Assembly: GCA_963737905.1 (NCBI GenBank)
Contig: CAVTUQ010000001.1
Span: forward strand, 74,066 to 138,065
DNA: 64,000 nt
Direction of reading: 5' to 3'
From: an uncultured delta proteobacterium
Lineage (GTDB): Bacteria > Desulfobacterota > Binatia > UBA9968
The notes beneath the pieces were generated by a model. The model was not told the DNA's origin and did not search any database. It was given only the letters and a program-made list of their open reading frames with translations. Position numbers and translations under genes: made by a program. Below, one piece after another: positions 9,693 to 21,092 of this stretch (its first letter is position 1; the number at the start of each line of letters is the position of its first letter).

Positions 9693-10202
9693 ATGAAGTG
9701 CCCTAACTGCGGAAAGGAGATGAAGTTTAAGGTCCGCGACTATGAGTACGTGGAGTCCGGGCTCAAGAACGTGGTGCTGAAGGATATCACTGTTCACGAA
9801 TGTAAACACTGCGGCGAGGTCTTGCCGGAAATACGAAATATCAAGCAGATTCACCAGTGGATAGCGGAATACCTGCTCAAGAAGAAAGGTGCCCTAACGG
9901 GCCCAGAGTTTCGGTTTCTGAGAAAAGCCATGGGGAAGAGCGCCAAAGAAACAGCCGAGTGTCTGGCAGTGAACCCTGTCACTATTTCGCGATGGGAAAA
10001 CAACAAGGAAAAGATTGGCCCGCAGTCGGACCGGCTTCTTAGAATGGCATTTATTCTCGACCCGGCTGAGGCGCGGTCGTTCGCCGCGACAAAGTTGCTG
10101 GAGTTTGCGCGCGCGACTCTGGGCTGCACAATAGCGACTCGTAAAAGAGCGAAGCCTGAGAAGATCGTCATCACTCCGAGCGATGTTCGACAAGGAGAAT
10201 AG
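9693..10202 (+). CDS. MqsA-family antitoxin (zinc finger + Xre HTH)
   Basis: CPNC...CKHC zinc finger; EFRFLRK...VNPVTISRWEN helix-turn-helix. Confidence 0.88.
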   Translation: MKCPNCGKEMKFKVRDYEYVESGLKNVVLKDITVHECKHCGEVLPEIRNIKQIHQWIAEYLLKKKGALTGPEFRFLRKAMGKSAKETAECLAVNPVTISRWENNKEKIGPQSDRLLRMAFILDPAEARSFAATKLLEFARATLGCTIATRKRAKPEKIVITPSDVRQGE

Positions 10203-10384
10203 GTCGAATGTAACGCTTTGCCGGCGACAACGCCTATCTCAAAGCGCTGCCAACTAGGAAGACCGCACTCTAATAGCAGCGGCTTGCTTTATGAGACGTT
10301 TGTAAAAACAATCGAGAAGCGTTGGGACGGGATCCCACTTACCGCAGCGCCTGCAACCTGGTGGAATTCTAAGAGAGGGGAATG

Positions 10385-10431
10385 TGGCCGGGGACAGAAT
10401 CGAACTGCCGACACGAGGATTTTCAGTCCTC
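10385..10431 (-). tRNA. 3' fragment of tRNA-Phe(GAA), att-site remnant, not a complete tRNA
   Basis: Minus strand GAGGA-CTGAAAA-TCCTC anticodon arm, GGCAG-TTCGATT-CTGTC T arm, CCCGGCCA acceptor 3' side; D arm and 5' acceptor strand absent. Confidence 0.85.
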
Positions 10432-10547
10432 ATACCGTACCGGGACTATGTGTCACTATCGGTCGCTATTGGTATCTATTCAAGCGTTTAACGGCGGTCT
10501 CAGCCGGTCGATTTTACCGATTCGAACACATAGATGGCATATAGTTC

Positions 10548-10567
10548 TGGCAAAGTTGTGGCAAAGT
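10548..10567 (+). repeat. Integrase arm-type direct repeats
   Basis: TGGCAAAGT-TG-TGGCAAAGT, the reverse complement of the repeats at 8711 and 20678, same 11-bp period. Confidence 0.6.
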
Positions 10568-11030
10568 CAGTGAACCTCGTTCGGCCCAAAGTCGTCTCAA
10601 TCCAGCCATTAAATAAGTCTTGATGGCCGCCGAGACTCGAATTCCGGACCCGCCGATTAAGAGTCAAGTCCAGCGCGGACCAGAACAGAACATTAATAAG
10701 AATGCCCAACCATTTCGAGGCCCGCTTGGCTTTTTCTTCGGCAATGGAAGGTGTATGTTCTGCCCAGATTCAGGCACAAAACAAGCACAGCCATGAGGTG
10801 AAAGCCATGAGGCGCGAGGGAGAAATGAATAAGCGGAAGCTCGGTAGCTTTGCTCTAAGCGTGATGCTCCTTGCGCTTAGCGTATCCGCTCAGGCGCAGC
10901 AGCCAGCGAACGTTCACAAGATAGGCGTGCTGCGAGCCGATTCGCCGCCGAATCTCTCGGCAGAGACATTTCAGCAGGCAATGCGCGATCTTGGTTACGT
11001 AGAAGGCAAGAATATCGTCATCGAGTACCG

Positions 11031-12458
11031 CTACGCCGAAGGAAAAGTTGACCGGTTACCCAACCTTGCGGAAGAGTTAGTGCGTCTCAATGTAGACGTG
11101 ATCTGGGCACTAGGCCCAGCAGTTTCGCATGCCAAGCGGAAAATTTCAAGATAGATGTCGCATTGATTGTTCAATTGAGATTCTCTGACGTTGGACAATG
11201 ACTGTTCACTGTGAAACGAAGCCCGGAGTCCAAGAGCGATGGTTAGCGTATCATCGCTCGGCTGATTTTTGACCCTAGGTACACCCTCACCTACATCGCC
11301 AGCGTTCGTTGTAGGGCATTTATGGAAGCCGTTTTTGGGGCCGACCCAGTCGATATCGGAAAATTGCTTGAGGGCCTCACTCATGACCGAGATTGTTGGC
11401 GAGGCAGGATCGAGGGATAGTTCCTCGTCGGTTTCGCTGTTGTGCTTTTTAGGATTGAGACACACTTCGGTGATCGGCACCCAGTTGCGCGTCTGCCCCG
11501 ACCAGCGCAGCGGGTTTAACTGCTTGGCCTTTTCATACACCGCCACACGCTTGGCTAGAATCGCTTTGTCCAATCCCAGGTGTCGAGAGCTGGGCGTGAC
11601 AAAACGAATCGCGCTATGAAGATGCTCAGTGTTGTACCACTGCACAAAACCACCCACCCACTGTCGGGCTTGATCGATCCCGCTAAAGGCGCTGTCGGGA
11701 TAGGAGGGACGGTACTTCAGGGTTTTGAACAGCGATTCAGAATATGGGTTGTCATCGCTCACCGCGGGACGACTAAAAGACGCCGCCACTCCCAGCCGCT
11801 CCAGAGTCGCCAACAAGGTGGCCCCTTTCATCGGGGCGCCATTGTCCGAATGTAACGTCAGCTGCCCTCTGGCAATCCCTTGCTCTTGGCAGAGCCGATC
11901 GATCAACCGTGCTCCATGCTCGGCGCTCTCCATTTCTTCAACGGTCCACCCAACGATCATCCGGCTGAAAATGTCTTCGACCAAGTACAAATAATAATAG
12001 GCCCCGCGCACCGGGCTGTTCAGATACGTGATGTCCCAGCTCCACACCTCGTTGGGATGGCGCGCTAGCAAATCCTTGGGCCGGCGCCAAACGCGCGGCT
12101 TACTGTTTTGACGGTGCGACAGCAACTGGTTTTGTTTTAACACCCGGTAAAAACTGCTCTCCGATCCCAGATACTGCCCAGCGTCGGCTAACCGCGCCAC
12201 CATCTGCCACGGCGACAGATCGCGATACGCTCGGCTATTGGACACTTCCACAATGGCTTGTTTCTCTTTCTCGCTGAACCCATGCCCACACACGCTCTTC
12301 GGCCCCCGTCGCTGATCGCCCCGGTCGGGATCTTTCTCCCACCGCTCCACCGTCCGTAGACTCACCTCCAGCACTTCGCAACTAGCCACCCGCCCCGCGC
12401 CACTGGCCCTGGCTTGCTGGACCAGCTCTATACAGCGACCGCGATCTCCCACGCTCAC
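11031..12458 (-). CDS. IS3-family transposase OrfB (rve DDE)
   Basis: WSWDITYL, LHSDNG, DDNPYSESLFKTLKY; GTG start overlaps the orfA stop; the frame runs past the IS end. Confidence 0.9.
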   Translation of the reverse strand: MSVGDRGRCIELVQQARASGAGRVASCEVLEVSLRTVERWEKDPDRGDQRRGPKSVCGHGFSEKEKQAIVEVSNSRAYRDLSPWQMVARLADAGQYLGSESSFYRVLKQNQLLSHRQNSKPRVWRRPKDLLARHPNEVWSWDITYLNSPVRGAYYYLYLVEDIFSRMIVGWTVEEMESAEHGARLIDRLCQEQGIARGQLTLHSDNGAPMKGATLLATLERLGVAASFSRPAVSDDNPYSESLFKTLKYRPSYPDSAFSGIDQARQWVGGFVQWYNTEHLHSAIRFVTPSSRHLGLDKAILAKRVAVYEKAKQLNPLRWSGQTRNWVPITEVCLNPKKHNSETDEELSLDPASPTISVMSEALKQFSDIDWVGPKNGFHKCPTTNAGDVGEGVPRVKNQPSDDTLTIALGLRASFHSEQSLSNVRESQLNNQCDIYLEIFRLACETAGPSAQITSTLRRTNSSARLGNRSTFPSA

Positions 12459-13021
12459 TGCTCCTCTCCGCTGCCCCAGATCAAGTCTGCTTTTTTTTTC
12501 AACACCAACAACGCCGTCGTCTCCGCCAACGCCTTCTCCTTGCGAGAAAGATCTCTCTCCAACTCCTTGATCTTTTTCTTGTCCGCCGCCCATTCGCTGC
12601 CATTGGCCGCCGTTAATCCACCGCCCCCCGATTCCAGCCCCACCTCCATACTCTTCTTCCATCCCGCGATATGTTCGCTATGGAGCCCTTCCCGCCGCAA
12701 GTACTCACCCTGCTCTTCTACCTCCAGTCCTTCGAACTCGATCACTGCTCTCAGTTTCTCTTGCACGCTTCGATCTCCCGGTCTGCGATGGGCTTTCATC
12801 ACCTCCGTCTTACCATAGCGCTTGCTCCATTGATAAAGCGACCAGCTCGATACTCCCAGCACTCGCCCCACCTCTTCCACCGACCGCGATCCTCGATTCT
12901 GAAACTTTTCCACTGCCGCTCTTCTAAACTCCTCGCTCCTTTGTTGACTCACTTGCTTCTTCTTCTCTCTCGCCCCACTTTTCCGCTCTTGCTCCACGCG
13001 ACATCTATCCTGACATTAGGG
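11137..13021 (-). mobile_element. IS3-family insertion sequence
   Basis: Imperfect ~25-bp inverted repeats sharing GATAGATGTCGC; direct repeat GCCAAG at 11131-11136 and 13022-13027; orfA/orfB arrangement. Confidence 0.9.
12455..12997 (-). CDS. IS3-family transposase OrfA
   Basis: N-terminal HTH, YLRREGLH, KEKALAETTALLVLKKKA with an A9G run near 12490-12499. Confidence 0.88.
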   Translation of the reverse strand: MEQERKSGAREKKKQVSQQRSEEFRRAAVEKFQNRGSRSVEEVGRVLGVSSWSLYQWSKRYGKTEVMKAHRRPGDRSVQEKLRAVIEFEGLEVEEQGEYLRREGLHSEHIAGWKKSMEVGLESGGGGLTAANGSEWAADKKKIKELERDLSRKEKALAETTALLVLKKKADLIWGSGEEQ

Positions 13022-13873
13022 GCCAAGAATGCTACCAAAACAATCCCTATTGTCATAACACATGTTAGCGACCCTGTAGGATCAGGGCTAGTCGCCAGCC
13101 TGGCGCGACCCGGAGGCAACATAACGGGATTGTCCGGTGTTTCCGCTGGAGCTACTAAGCGGCAAGCGACTGGAGCTTCTGAAGGAGACCGTTCCCAAGT
13201 TCTCCCGTGTGGCTTTCTTCGGACCTACCCTCGGGCAACCACAAACAGTTAAAAGAGATGGAACGCGACGCCGGGGAGTTAGGGGTAAAGCTTCAATACT
13301 TAGAGGTACAGAGTCCCAAGGAAATTGAACCCGCACTTCTAGCCGCGAGCAAAGGGCGTGCTCAAGCAGTCCTCATAAATAGGAACCCCTTTACTGCTAT
13401 TCATTACGCACGGATCGCAGAGCTTGCGATAAAGAACCGCCTTCCAACCATGTACGCCGATAGGGAGTTCGTCGAAGCCGGTGGGCTAATGTCCTATGGA
13501 CCAGACTATATCTTTATGTATCGACGCGTTGCCGTTTACGTGGACAAGATTCTGAAAGGCACCAAGCCCGCCGATCTGCCCGTAGAGCGGCCCATGAAGT
13601 ACGAGCTGGTGATAAATCTCAAGACCGCGAAGCAGATCGGTCTGACGATTCCACCGAATCTGCTGGCACGGGCAGATAAGGTGATTAAGTAAGACGCTGA
13701 ACACCAGAAGCGGAGGCTGGGTCACACCCGGCGAGCGGACATCGAATCGTAAATGTCTGCTGAGTGAATATCAGATGTCCCCAATAATGGCCCTGCGTCG
13801 CGATATACGCTTGCGAGACGACAGTCGCTACGCTCAAATTTATGGTTCTTGTCGTTATCCCCCACGATTAAAA

Positions 13874-16800
13874 TCAGCTTGGCGATGATCTCTCAGGTAA
13901 GCTAAAGCTGAAGGTAGACCCTTTGCCTATCTCACTTTCTACCCAGATCTTTCCCCCATGCAGTTCGACAAACTTCTTGGCTAAGGTTAACCCAAGTCCG
14001 GTCCCCTCGACCTTATGTGCATAGTCCGCTCCCACTTGGCGGAATTCCTCGAATATCTTTGGCTGATCCTCCGGGGCGATCCCGATGCCGGTGTCACTGA
14101 CCGATATCTCTACCGAACCATCAGCCTGCCTGGCGTTAATTCCAATCCGTCCTCCCTCCGGTGTGAACTTCACGGCATTGGAGAGCAGATTAAGCAGGAT
14201 CTGTTTGATCTTGCGCTCATCACCTATGAAATCGCCAAGATGCTCGTCAACAGTAACGTCGAGGTTGATCCCGTGCTTGGTGGCCCGCTCGCGCACAAAG
14301 GTACGCGCGTTGTCGATTGCCAAGGGCAGATCAAACGTAGCAACCTCTAGCTCCATGCGGCCAGCCTCCACCTTGGAGAGATCGAGAATCTCATTGATGA
14401 GGGACAAAAGATGGCGGCCGGAAGAGAGGATGTCGTCGGTGTACTCGGCTTGTTTCTCGTTCAGCTCGCCGAACAGTCTTTCCTCCAAGACTTCCGAGAA
14501 ACCGATGATGGCATTGAGCGGCGTGCGTAGCTCATGGGACATGTTGGCGAGAAACTCCGACTTGTGCCGATTGGCGGCCTCGATCTGACGGCTCTTGTCT
14601 TCGATCTCGCGGAACAGTCGGGCGTTTTGGATCGCCAATACGGACTGGGTGGCGAAGGTTTTCAAAAGCTCGATGACTTCGGGGCGAAACTCGCCGGTGG
14701 ATTTTCGCCTGACCACCAAGCCGCCAATGATGCGGTCTTCGCGTAACAACGGGACAGCCAGACTGGCGCGAAAGCCGAAGCGCTCCAGCAACTGACGCAT
14801 TCGCAGCGCATACGTGTGCTCTTCGAGGATATTGGGGATTTGTATGGGTTCACGCGTTGACGCTGCCCGACCCACCAACCCGTCTCCCAAGTGCGGCGGA
14901 TTGGCGCGAAGCGCGTTGATGAGTTCTTCCTCCATGTGATCAGTAGCCCTGAGCAAGAACTCTTCGGATTCTTCGTCATATTCGTAAATCGCTCCGCCGT
15001 CCGTGCCGCTTAACTGGACCGCATGGGAGACGATTCTCGTCAGTACGGCTTCGAGGTCGAGAGTGGAGCTGACTACCTGGCTGACTTCGCCGAGGGCTTT
15101 GAGTTCGCCTACCGAGCGTGTCAGTTCGTTGGTTCGCTCATCTAATTCTTTGAACAGCCGAACGTTCTCGATGGCGATGACGGCCTGGTCAGCGAAGGTT
15201 TCGAGGAGCTTGATCTGCGCCGGGGTGAAGGGGCGCACCTCAATGCGACGTGCTGTCAGGTATCCAATGAGTTCCCCCTGTTGTCGAAGGGGAACGTACA
15301 AGCCGGTGCGCCAGATACCAGAATGGCCCACCAATGGGAAATCGGTCTGCGCTCGCACGTCCGGAATGTGGAGCGTGCCGTGCTCACGCATCCACCGAAA
15401 AAATGGTTCATCAATATTGATCTCGACGCGGTTAATTGGTATCGGGCCAAAGTGAGCCCGGGGAACTATAACGTTCCCCTCGGGGAGTCGCAGTATCACA
15501 TCATCAATCCCACAGACCCGCGCCGCGCTCTCGACGATGGCGTCCAGAACGGGCTGCACGTCCGTCGGCGAGCGGCTGATGATGCTGAGCACCTCGGCCG
15601 TTGCCGTCTGATGCTCTAGCGCCTCGCGCAATTCTGCATTGCGCTCGCCCAATTCCCGGAAGAGGCGGACGTTTTCGATGGCAATGACCGCCTGCGACGC
15701 AAAGGTTTCAAGCAGCTTAACCTGCTTATCAGTAAAGGGACGAACTTCGGTTCGTCGGACGTTGATCACTCCTATGGAAACACCCTCGCGAAGCAAAGGC
15801 GTCGCAAGAATTGTCCGAGTCCCGAAACGTTGTTGTAAGATTTTGCTTTCCGGAAAGTCCTTATCGCTCTCTGTAGCGAGATCGTGAATATGAACCGTCT
15901 GCCGATCAACGATAGCCCGAGTACCGACTAAGCCACGAGTAATGGGACGTTTCTCTTCCTGACCGGGTGCTGGCTGTGTACCGTAGGATGCCCATTGGCG
16001 AACAAAATCGCCCTCGACACGACTGATTTGCGCGTCAGTGGCGTCACATAGTCGCGCGGCACTTTCTGCAACGGCATCGAGCACCGGCTGGATGTCCGTA
16101 GGTGAACTAGCAATGACACCCAAGATTTCACTTGTCGCAGTCTGCTGATCCAACGACTCCTTGAGTTCGTTGAAAAGCCGGACGTTTTCGATGGCGATCA
16201 CCGCTTGGTCGGCGAAAGTCTCTAGGAGCTTGATCTGCGCTGGGGTGAAGGGGCGCACCTCGATGCGACGTGCGATGAGCCTGCCGATGACTTCCCGCTG
16301 CTGACGAAGCGGAACCGCCAAGAAGGTACGAAAGTTGCCGAGCGGAGTTATTTGAAAATCCATTTGGGCTTGGTTCAGTACATCGGGAATGTGGACCGTA
16401 CCAAGATGGAGAGTCCAAGGCCTTCCTCCCTCATCAATACTGATCTCTCGGCGGGCAACTGGTATGGGACCAAAATGAGCCCGCGCAACCATATTGTTTC
16501 CCTCATGAAATCGCAATATAAGATCATCTATCCCACAAACCCGCGCGGCACTCTCGACGATAGCGTCGAGAACCGGCTCCACATCGGTGGGCGAGCGGCT
16601 GATGATGCTGAGCACCTCGGCGGTTGCGGTCTGATGCTCCAGCGCCTCCCGTAATTCTGCGTTCCGATCCTGCAATTCCTTAAACAGCCGCACATTCTCA
16701 ATAGCGATCACTGCTTGGTCGGCAAAAGTTTTTAGGAGGTTTACCTGTGTGTCGGTGAAGGGACGGGTCTCTTGGCGGCGAATCGTAATAACCCCGATAG

Positions 16801-19405
16801 GTAGGCCTTCCCGCAGCAATGGCGTGGCAAGAATAGTCCGTGTACCCGTAAGCTGTTGGAAAGCTAGAGACTGAGACTCTGGGAACTCGGTTCTCTCTGC
16901 CGCCAAGTCATGAACGTGAATAGTTTGCCGGTCGACTACGGCTCGGCCGGTGGGCAAACCGCGACTAATAGGTAGAACTTCTGCCGGCGCAGGTACAGGA
17001 CCATGCTTTGCCACCAGTTTGAGGCTCTCGCCATCGACGCGATAGATTAGAGCGTTTAATGCCTCGCAAAGGCGGGCCGCATTCTCCGCAACCACATCCA
17101 GCACCGGCTGAATGTCCGTCGGCGAACTAGCGATAACACCCAAGATTTCGCTCGTCGCAGTCTGCTGCTCCAACGATTCTTTGAGTTCTTGGAACAGCCG
17201 GACGTTTTCCAGGGCGATGACGGCCTGGTCTGCAAAGGTTTCGAGCAGCTTGATTTGCGCCGGCGTGAACGGGTGCACCTGTATGCGACGTGCGACCAGT
17301 TCGCCAATGAGTTCCCCGTGGTGAAGAAGTGGAGCGGTTAAGTAACTGCGCCAGCCGCCAGCGGAAGCCAACATCGGGAAATCGTTCTGCTCGCGAACGT
17401 CAGGAATATGGAGCGTACCGTGCTCACGTATCCAACGATACCGCGGTTCATCAATATTGATTTCGCGTACATTAATCGGAATGGGACCAAAGTGAGCTCG
17501 TGGAACCGTAATGTCGCCCTCGCACAGTCGCAACAGCATATCATCGATCCCACAAACCCGGGCAGCGCTCTCGACGATTGCATTGAGCACCGGTTGCACG
17601 TCCGTGGGCGAGCGGCTGATGATGCCGAGCACCTCGGAGGTTGCCGTCTGATGCTCCAGGGCCTCTCGTAATTCTACATTCCGCTCCTGGATCTCCTTAA
17701 ACAATCGCACGTTCTCGATAGCGATGACAGCTTGATCGGCGAAGGTTTTGAGCAGTGCGATTTGCTTGTCGGTGAATGGCTTCACCTCCAAACGGCGAAT
17801 CCCAATGACACCAATGGGAACGCCTTCGCGGATTAACGGAGTTGCGAGCATTGTGCGAGTGGGATTAATCTGGCTTAAAGTCTTGGAATCTGGAAACTCG
17901 CTTTCAAGCTGTGCTGCGACATCATGAACGTGGATCGTCTGCCGATCGACCATGGCCCGACCACTCACCCAGCCACGGCTAATAGGCATTGATTCTTCAA
18001 TCCCAGGTAGCGGCCCATAATGGGCGACCCGCCGAAGGTTATTACCTTCAACTCGAAGGATAATGGCATCGTTAGCACCGCAAACCCGCGTTGCGTTTTC
18101 GGCGACGACGTCGAGCACCGGCTGAATATCCGTCGGCGAGCTGGCGATGACGCCCAGGATCTCGCTCGTCGCCGTCTGCTGCTCCAACGATTCTTTGAGT
18201 TCCTGGAACAGCCGCACGTTCTCGATGGCGATGACGGCCTGGTCGGCAAAGGTCGTGACCAGCTCGATCTGTCGTTCGGTAAATGGCGCGACCGTTTCGC
18301 GCCAGATCGAAATCGTCCCAATTGGAATCCCCTCGCGGAGCATGGGTACAGCAAGGAAAGTGCGTAATCGGACCGGCGGCAGTTCGAAGGTCGGATCTTG
18401 TTCAACATCCGGGATATGGATCGGTTTGCGCTCCAGGAACGCACGACCCGGTCCTGTCTCTCGACCTGGTCGCACTGGTGTCTCCTGGAAGGCTGCCGCC
18501 CCTTCAGCGCTGACGTTGTAGTAAGCAACCAGTTGGAGAAACTCGCCGTCATATTGGCGAATGTGACCGTGCTCGGCCCCGATGAGCCTGACGGCATTTG
18601 CAATCACCGTGTCCAGCACAGGCTGGAGTACAGTGGGCGAGGATGCGATAACCCGAAGAACTTCGCCGGTTGCGGTCTGCTGTTCCAATGCCTCGGTTAG
18701 GTCGCGGTTGCGTTCCTGCAACTCTCTGAAAAGCCGCACGTTCTCGATGGCAATCACGGCCTGATCGGCGAAGGTTTTGAGGAGAGCTATCTGTTTGTCC
18801 GTAAAAGGTTGAACTTCCGTGCGTCGAATGAGAATCGCTCCAATCGGAAGACCCTCCCGGAGCAGTGGCGCGCCGAGCACAGACCGGGTTCCGTCGCGGA
18901 CAGCTCGCGACTTGGCGAGTGGAAACTCCACCTCTGATTCTGCTTGCATGTCGTGGACATGGACGAGCTGTCCGTCGACCACGGCTCGCCCAGCGACGGA
19001 GGCACGATTCAACGGGGTTGCATCCGCAGTTCTGGGAATCGCGCCGAAATGAGCCGCATCGCGAAGAACGTCGCCATCGAGCCGATGAATGATAGCATCC
19101 TGTGCATCGATCAAACGCGCGGCATTTTCAGCGACAGCGTCAAGCACTGATTGCAGGTCTGTGGCGGAGTTAGCGATAATCCCCAGAATCTCGCTGGTGG
19201 AGGTCTGCTGTTCCAATGCTTCCGCGAGCTGACGATCACGTTCCTGCAACTTTTTGTCCTTTGCTTCCTCCCGCTGCAAAGATTCGGCGAGTTGCTGGCG
19301 TAACTCCGCAATCGTCTGCGCTTGTTCAGCCACAAGCGTGTTCACCATGGGACGGCGCGGTTTTGCCTTTTTGTTATCAGAGCCTTTTTTGGTCGTGGTT
19401 GCCAT
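13874..19405 (-). CDS. Cytoplasmic sensor histidine kinase with nine GAF domains
   Basis: Nine repeats ending [15 protein letters not shown]-like; H-box [16 protein letters not shown]; N, G1, F, G2 boxes ([26 protein letters not shown]); no transmembrane segment. Confidence 0.95.
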   Translation of the reverse strand: MATTTKKGSDNKKAKPRRPMVNTLVAEQAQTIAELRQQLAESLQREEAKDKKLQERDRQLAEALEQQTSTSEILGIIANSATDLQSVLDAVAENAARLIDAQDAIIHRLDGDVLRDAAHFGAIPRTADATPLNRASVAGRAVVDGQLVHVHDMQAESEVEFPLAKSRAVRDGTRSVLGAPLLREGLPIGAILIRRTEVQPFTDKQIALLKTFADQAVIAIENVRLFRELQERNRDLTEALEQQTATGEVLRVIASSPTVLQPVLDTVIANAVRLIGAEHGHIRQYDGEFLQLVAYYNVSAEGAAAFQETPVRPGRETGPGRAFLERKPIHIPDVEQDPTFELPPVRLRTFLAVPMLREGIPIGTISIWRETVAPFTERQIELVTTFADQAVIAIENVRLFQELKESLEQQTATSEILGVIASSPTDIQPVLDVVAENATRVCGANDAIILRVEGNNLRRVAHYGPLPGIEESMPISRGWVSGRAMVDRQTIHVHDVAAQLESEFPDSKTLSQINPTRTMLATPLIREGVPIGVIGIRRLEVKPFTDKQIALLKTFADQAVIAIENVRLFKEIQERNVELREALEHQTATSEVLGIISRSPTDVQPVLNAIVESAARVCGIDDMLLRLCEGDITVPRAHFGPIPINVREINIDEPRYRWIREHGTLHIPDVREQNDFPMLASAGGWRSYLTAPLLHHGELIGELVARRIQVHPFTPAQIKLLETFADQAVIALENVRLFQELKESLEQQTATSEILGVIASSPTDIQPVLDVVAENAARLCEALNALIYRVDGESLKLVAKHGPVPAPAEVLPISRGLPTGRAVVDRQTIHVHDLAAERTEFPESQSLAFQQLTGTRTILATPLLREGLPIGVITIRRQETRPFTDTQVNLLKTFADQAVIAIENVRLFKELQDRNAELREALEHQTATAEVLSIISRSPTDVEPVLDAIVESAARVCGIDDLILRFHEGNNMVARAHFGPIPVARREISIDEGGRPWTLHLGTVHIPDVLNQAQMDFQITPLGNFRTFLAVPLRQQREVIGRLIARRIEVRPFTPAQIKLLETFADQAVIAIENVRLFNELKESLDQQTATSEILGVIASSPTDIQPVLDAVAESAARLCDATDAQISRVEGDFVRQWASYGTQPAPGQEEKRPITRGLVGTRAIVDRQTVHIHDLATESDKDFPESKILQQRFGTRTILATPLLREGVSIGVINVRRTEVRPFTDKQVKLLETFASQAVIAIENVRLFRELGERNAELREALEHQTATAEVLSIISRSPTDVQPVLDAIVESAARVCGIDDVILRLPEGNVIVPRAHFGPIPINRVEINIDEPFFRWMREHGTLHIPDVRAQTDFPLVGHSGIWRTGLYVPLRQQGELIGYLTARRIEVRPFTPAQIKLLETFADQAVIAIENVRLFKELDERTNELTRSVGELKALGEVSQVVSSTLDLEAVLTRIVSHAVQLSGTDGGAIYEYDEESEEFLLRATDHMEEELINALRANPPHLGDGLVGRAASTREPIQIPNILEEHTYALRMRQLLERFGFRASLAVPLLREDRIIGGLVVRRKSTGEFRPEVIELLKTFATQSVLAIQNARLFREIEDKSRQIEAANRHKSEFLANMSHELRTPLNAIIGFSEVLEERLFGELNEKQAEYTDDILSSGRHLLSLINEILDLSKVEAGRMELEVATFDLPLAIDNARTFVRERATKHGINLDVTVDEHLGDFIGDERKIKQILLNLLSNAVKFTPEGGRIGINARQADGSVEISVSDTGIGIAPEDQPKIFEEFRQVGADYAHKVEGTGLGLTLAKKFVELHGGKIWVESEIGKGSTFSFSLPERSSPS

Positions 19406-19963
19406 AAAAAACCAACTGGAGACCGTCGCAGGCGAAACTAAAGACGTGGCCTGATCGGTTTACTTGTGGTAACAGCTCGCCCGGCGGCTGAACTGTCTTT
19501 TACGCCAAGGCACTCGGTGGCGTCAAGGAAAGGCTGCCTTGCCGTGCCAAGTGAAAGGTAGCGCGAGACTTCTGCCAAAACGGGGAGGCGAGGAGCGGTT
19601 GCGGATGCAACGTTCCGAGCTGAGCCGCTGAGGACAAAATCCGAGATAAAAAAGCCGAGATCCCGTGCAGGCGTAGTAATAGCCGTAAATGCAGGGACTC
19701 TAAAGCATGCTTTCTGAATTTTTGGACACCGCGCACCCAAGAATAGCCGTGCTGCTGAAACCCAAAAAGCTTGCTTTCCGATTTTGAGTCCCGCGCGCAC
19801 GTAAACCGCGCCGCTTGGCCCGTCGGTGACGTGGGTCGGGTGCCCCTGGACTCAGGTTGGTGAAACGGGGGGCTCAATTCTAGCAGTTCTCATCCGCGAC
19901 GTTTTCCCGCTATGGACGATAGCCACTAGCGAGCGCAATATGGTACAATTTCAAGCTAACGAG

Positions 19964-20440
19964 ATGAACGCAAAACACGACGGCGGATTAATCAAGTTCA
20001 TGCATTTCTCAAACCGGCTTTGTTTTTATGGGATTGGCCTGATTGGTGTTTTGTTTTTAGTTGCTTATCACGCTTCAGCAACGCTCTTTCCATTCGACTC
20101 CGACCTTCTACCGGTATCCGGTACCTTCTTTGCTCTTATTGCGATTCTATTTTTCTCAATCGATAGAACAATGGAGTCGCAGGCCAGAGAAATAGAGATC
20201 GCACATCGCTTTGCTCAGGTATTTTTCGCGTTGGCTGAAGAAGGCCAAGCTGTCGGTTCCGCAGAGAAAAGGGGCCATACGCGAGCGGCGGCGGAGAAAA
20301 TCGAGGAACTGAAGAAGAACTTAAAGACCAAAATAATAAAGGCTGAGAAGCATCTTCGAAGCGAATGGCGCTTCGTTGTAGTGAGCAGTGTGACTGTACT
20401 TCTTGGGTTCCAGGCTGTCCTTTCGAGCCTTAAACATTGA
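19964..20440 (+). CDS. Hypothetical membrane protein
   Basis: Two N-terminal and one C-terminal hydrophobic segments around a charged coiled region; start uncertain. Confidence 0.55.
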   Translation: MNAKHDGGLIKFMHFSNRLCFYGIGLIGVLFLVAYHASATLFPFDSDLLPVSGTFFALIAILFFSIDRTMESQAREIEIAHRFAQVFFALAEEGQAVGSAEKRGHTRAAAEKIEELKKNLKTKIIKAEKHLRSEWRFVVVSSVTVLLGFQAVLSSLKH

Positions 20441-20600
20441 CGGGATACCCCCACGGAGCCAGTCAGTATAGGTTTGTGAGTGAGCGGCGAAATCACAACG
20501 AGGATCGCCTTCTTCCCCCTACGCAATATTCTACAACCCCCCTTAACATGATCTAAAACTGGAGCCTATAAACAGCAGAGCACATCGAATACGGCTAGCA

Positions 20601-20697
20601 AATCGAACCCCACCGACACGAGGACTACTAATCCTCGTAGCGCGTCTAACCGCAAGAAAACACAATCGAATGTTTTCACTTTGCCACTACTTTGCCA
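20601..20697. other. att-like region, second copy
   Basis: AATCGAACCCCACCGACACGAGGA-CTACTAA-TCCTC resembles the tRNA-Phe fragment; ACTTTGCCA twice at 20678-20697; 20615-20960 is a diverged repeat of 8648-9000. Confidence 0.65.
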
Positions 20698-20747
20698 TAA
20701 GTAAACAGCTATGGGAAAATGAATCCTGCTACGTGGGAAGAAACGAA

Positions 20748-20993
20748 ATGGCTGGATTGAAAGGAAAGAGCGGACCTCCAGGCAACATGAACGCCTTCAA
20801 GCACGGGCTGGCGGCTATTCAGAAGCGGCGCGAGGAAGGAATTCCCACCGAGCACGAGAAGAATGTCAGGCAGCAGATTCTAGACGGCTTGATAGCCGAT
20901 AAGGGCGGTGACGAGCAGATATCGACGGCCACGAGGATTCTGGCTAAGGTTATCCGCCTTAGATGCCGCATAGCGCGGACTGGTGAGAACTGA
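20748..20993 (+). pseudogene. Terminase-small-subunit-like gene, truncated (copy 2)
   Basis: MAGLKGKSGPPGNMNAFKHGLAAIQKRREEGIPTEHE; similarity to copy 1 ends near 20960. Confidence 0.55.
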
Positions 20994-21092
20994 GAACCAC
21001 CGCCCTATAGGATTACAAACGGACAGTCAAATGATTGGTTCAGTGAAGGCGAAAAGTCTTGGTGATCTTTAGAGAGAAATTTACGGTAAAGC

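Larger units (their letters stand above)
10825..13692 (+). pseudogene. ABC-type substrate-binding protein (ABC_sub_bind-like) split by an IS3-family element
   Basis: N-part ...GYVEGKNIVIEYRYAEG...PAVSHAK joins NATKTIPIV..DPVGSGLVASLARPGGNITG after removing the IS; C-part GGLMSYG..PADLPVE..VINLKTAKQIGLTIP; extra frameshifts at about 13140-13220. Confidence 0.88.

Noticed and set aside
10270-10340. LYETFVKTIEKRWDGI, reminiscent of an ISL3 transposase segment
   Set aside because: Too short, with no ends or further homology visible.
10385-10431. Functional tRNA-Phe
   Set aside because: The 5' half is missing; kept only as an att remnant.
14015-19454. Many plus-strand ORFs and repeated DNA within the kinase, checked as a CRISPR array or diversity-generating retroelement
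   Set aside because: The repeats are coding GAF linkers about 450-520 bp apart; no cas or reverse transcriptase gene; the ORFs are antisense shadows.
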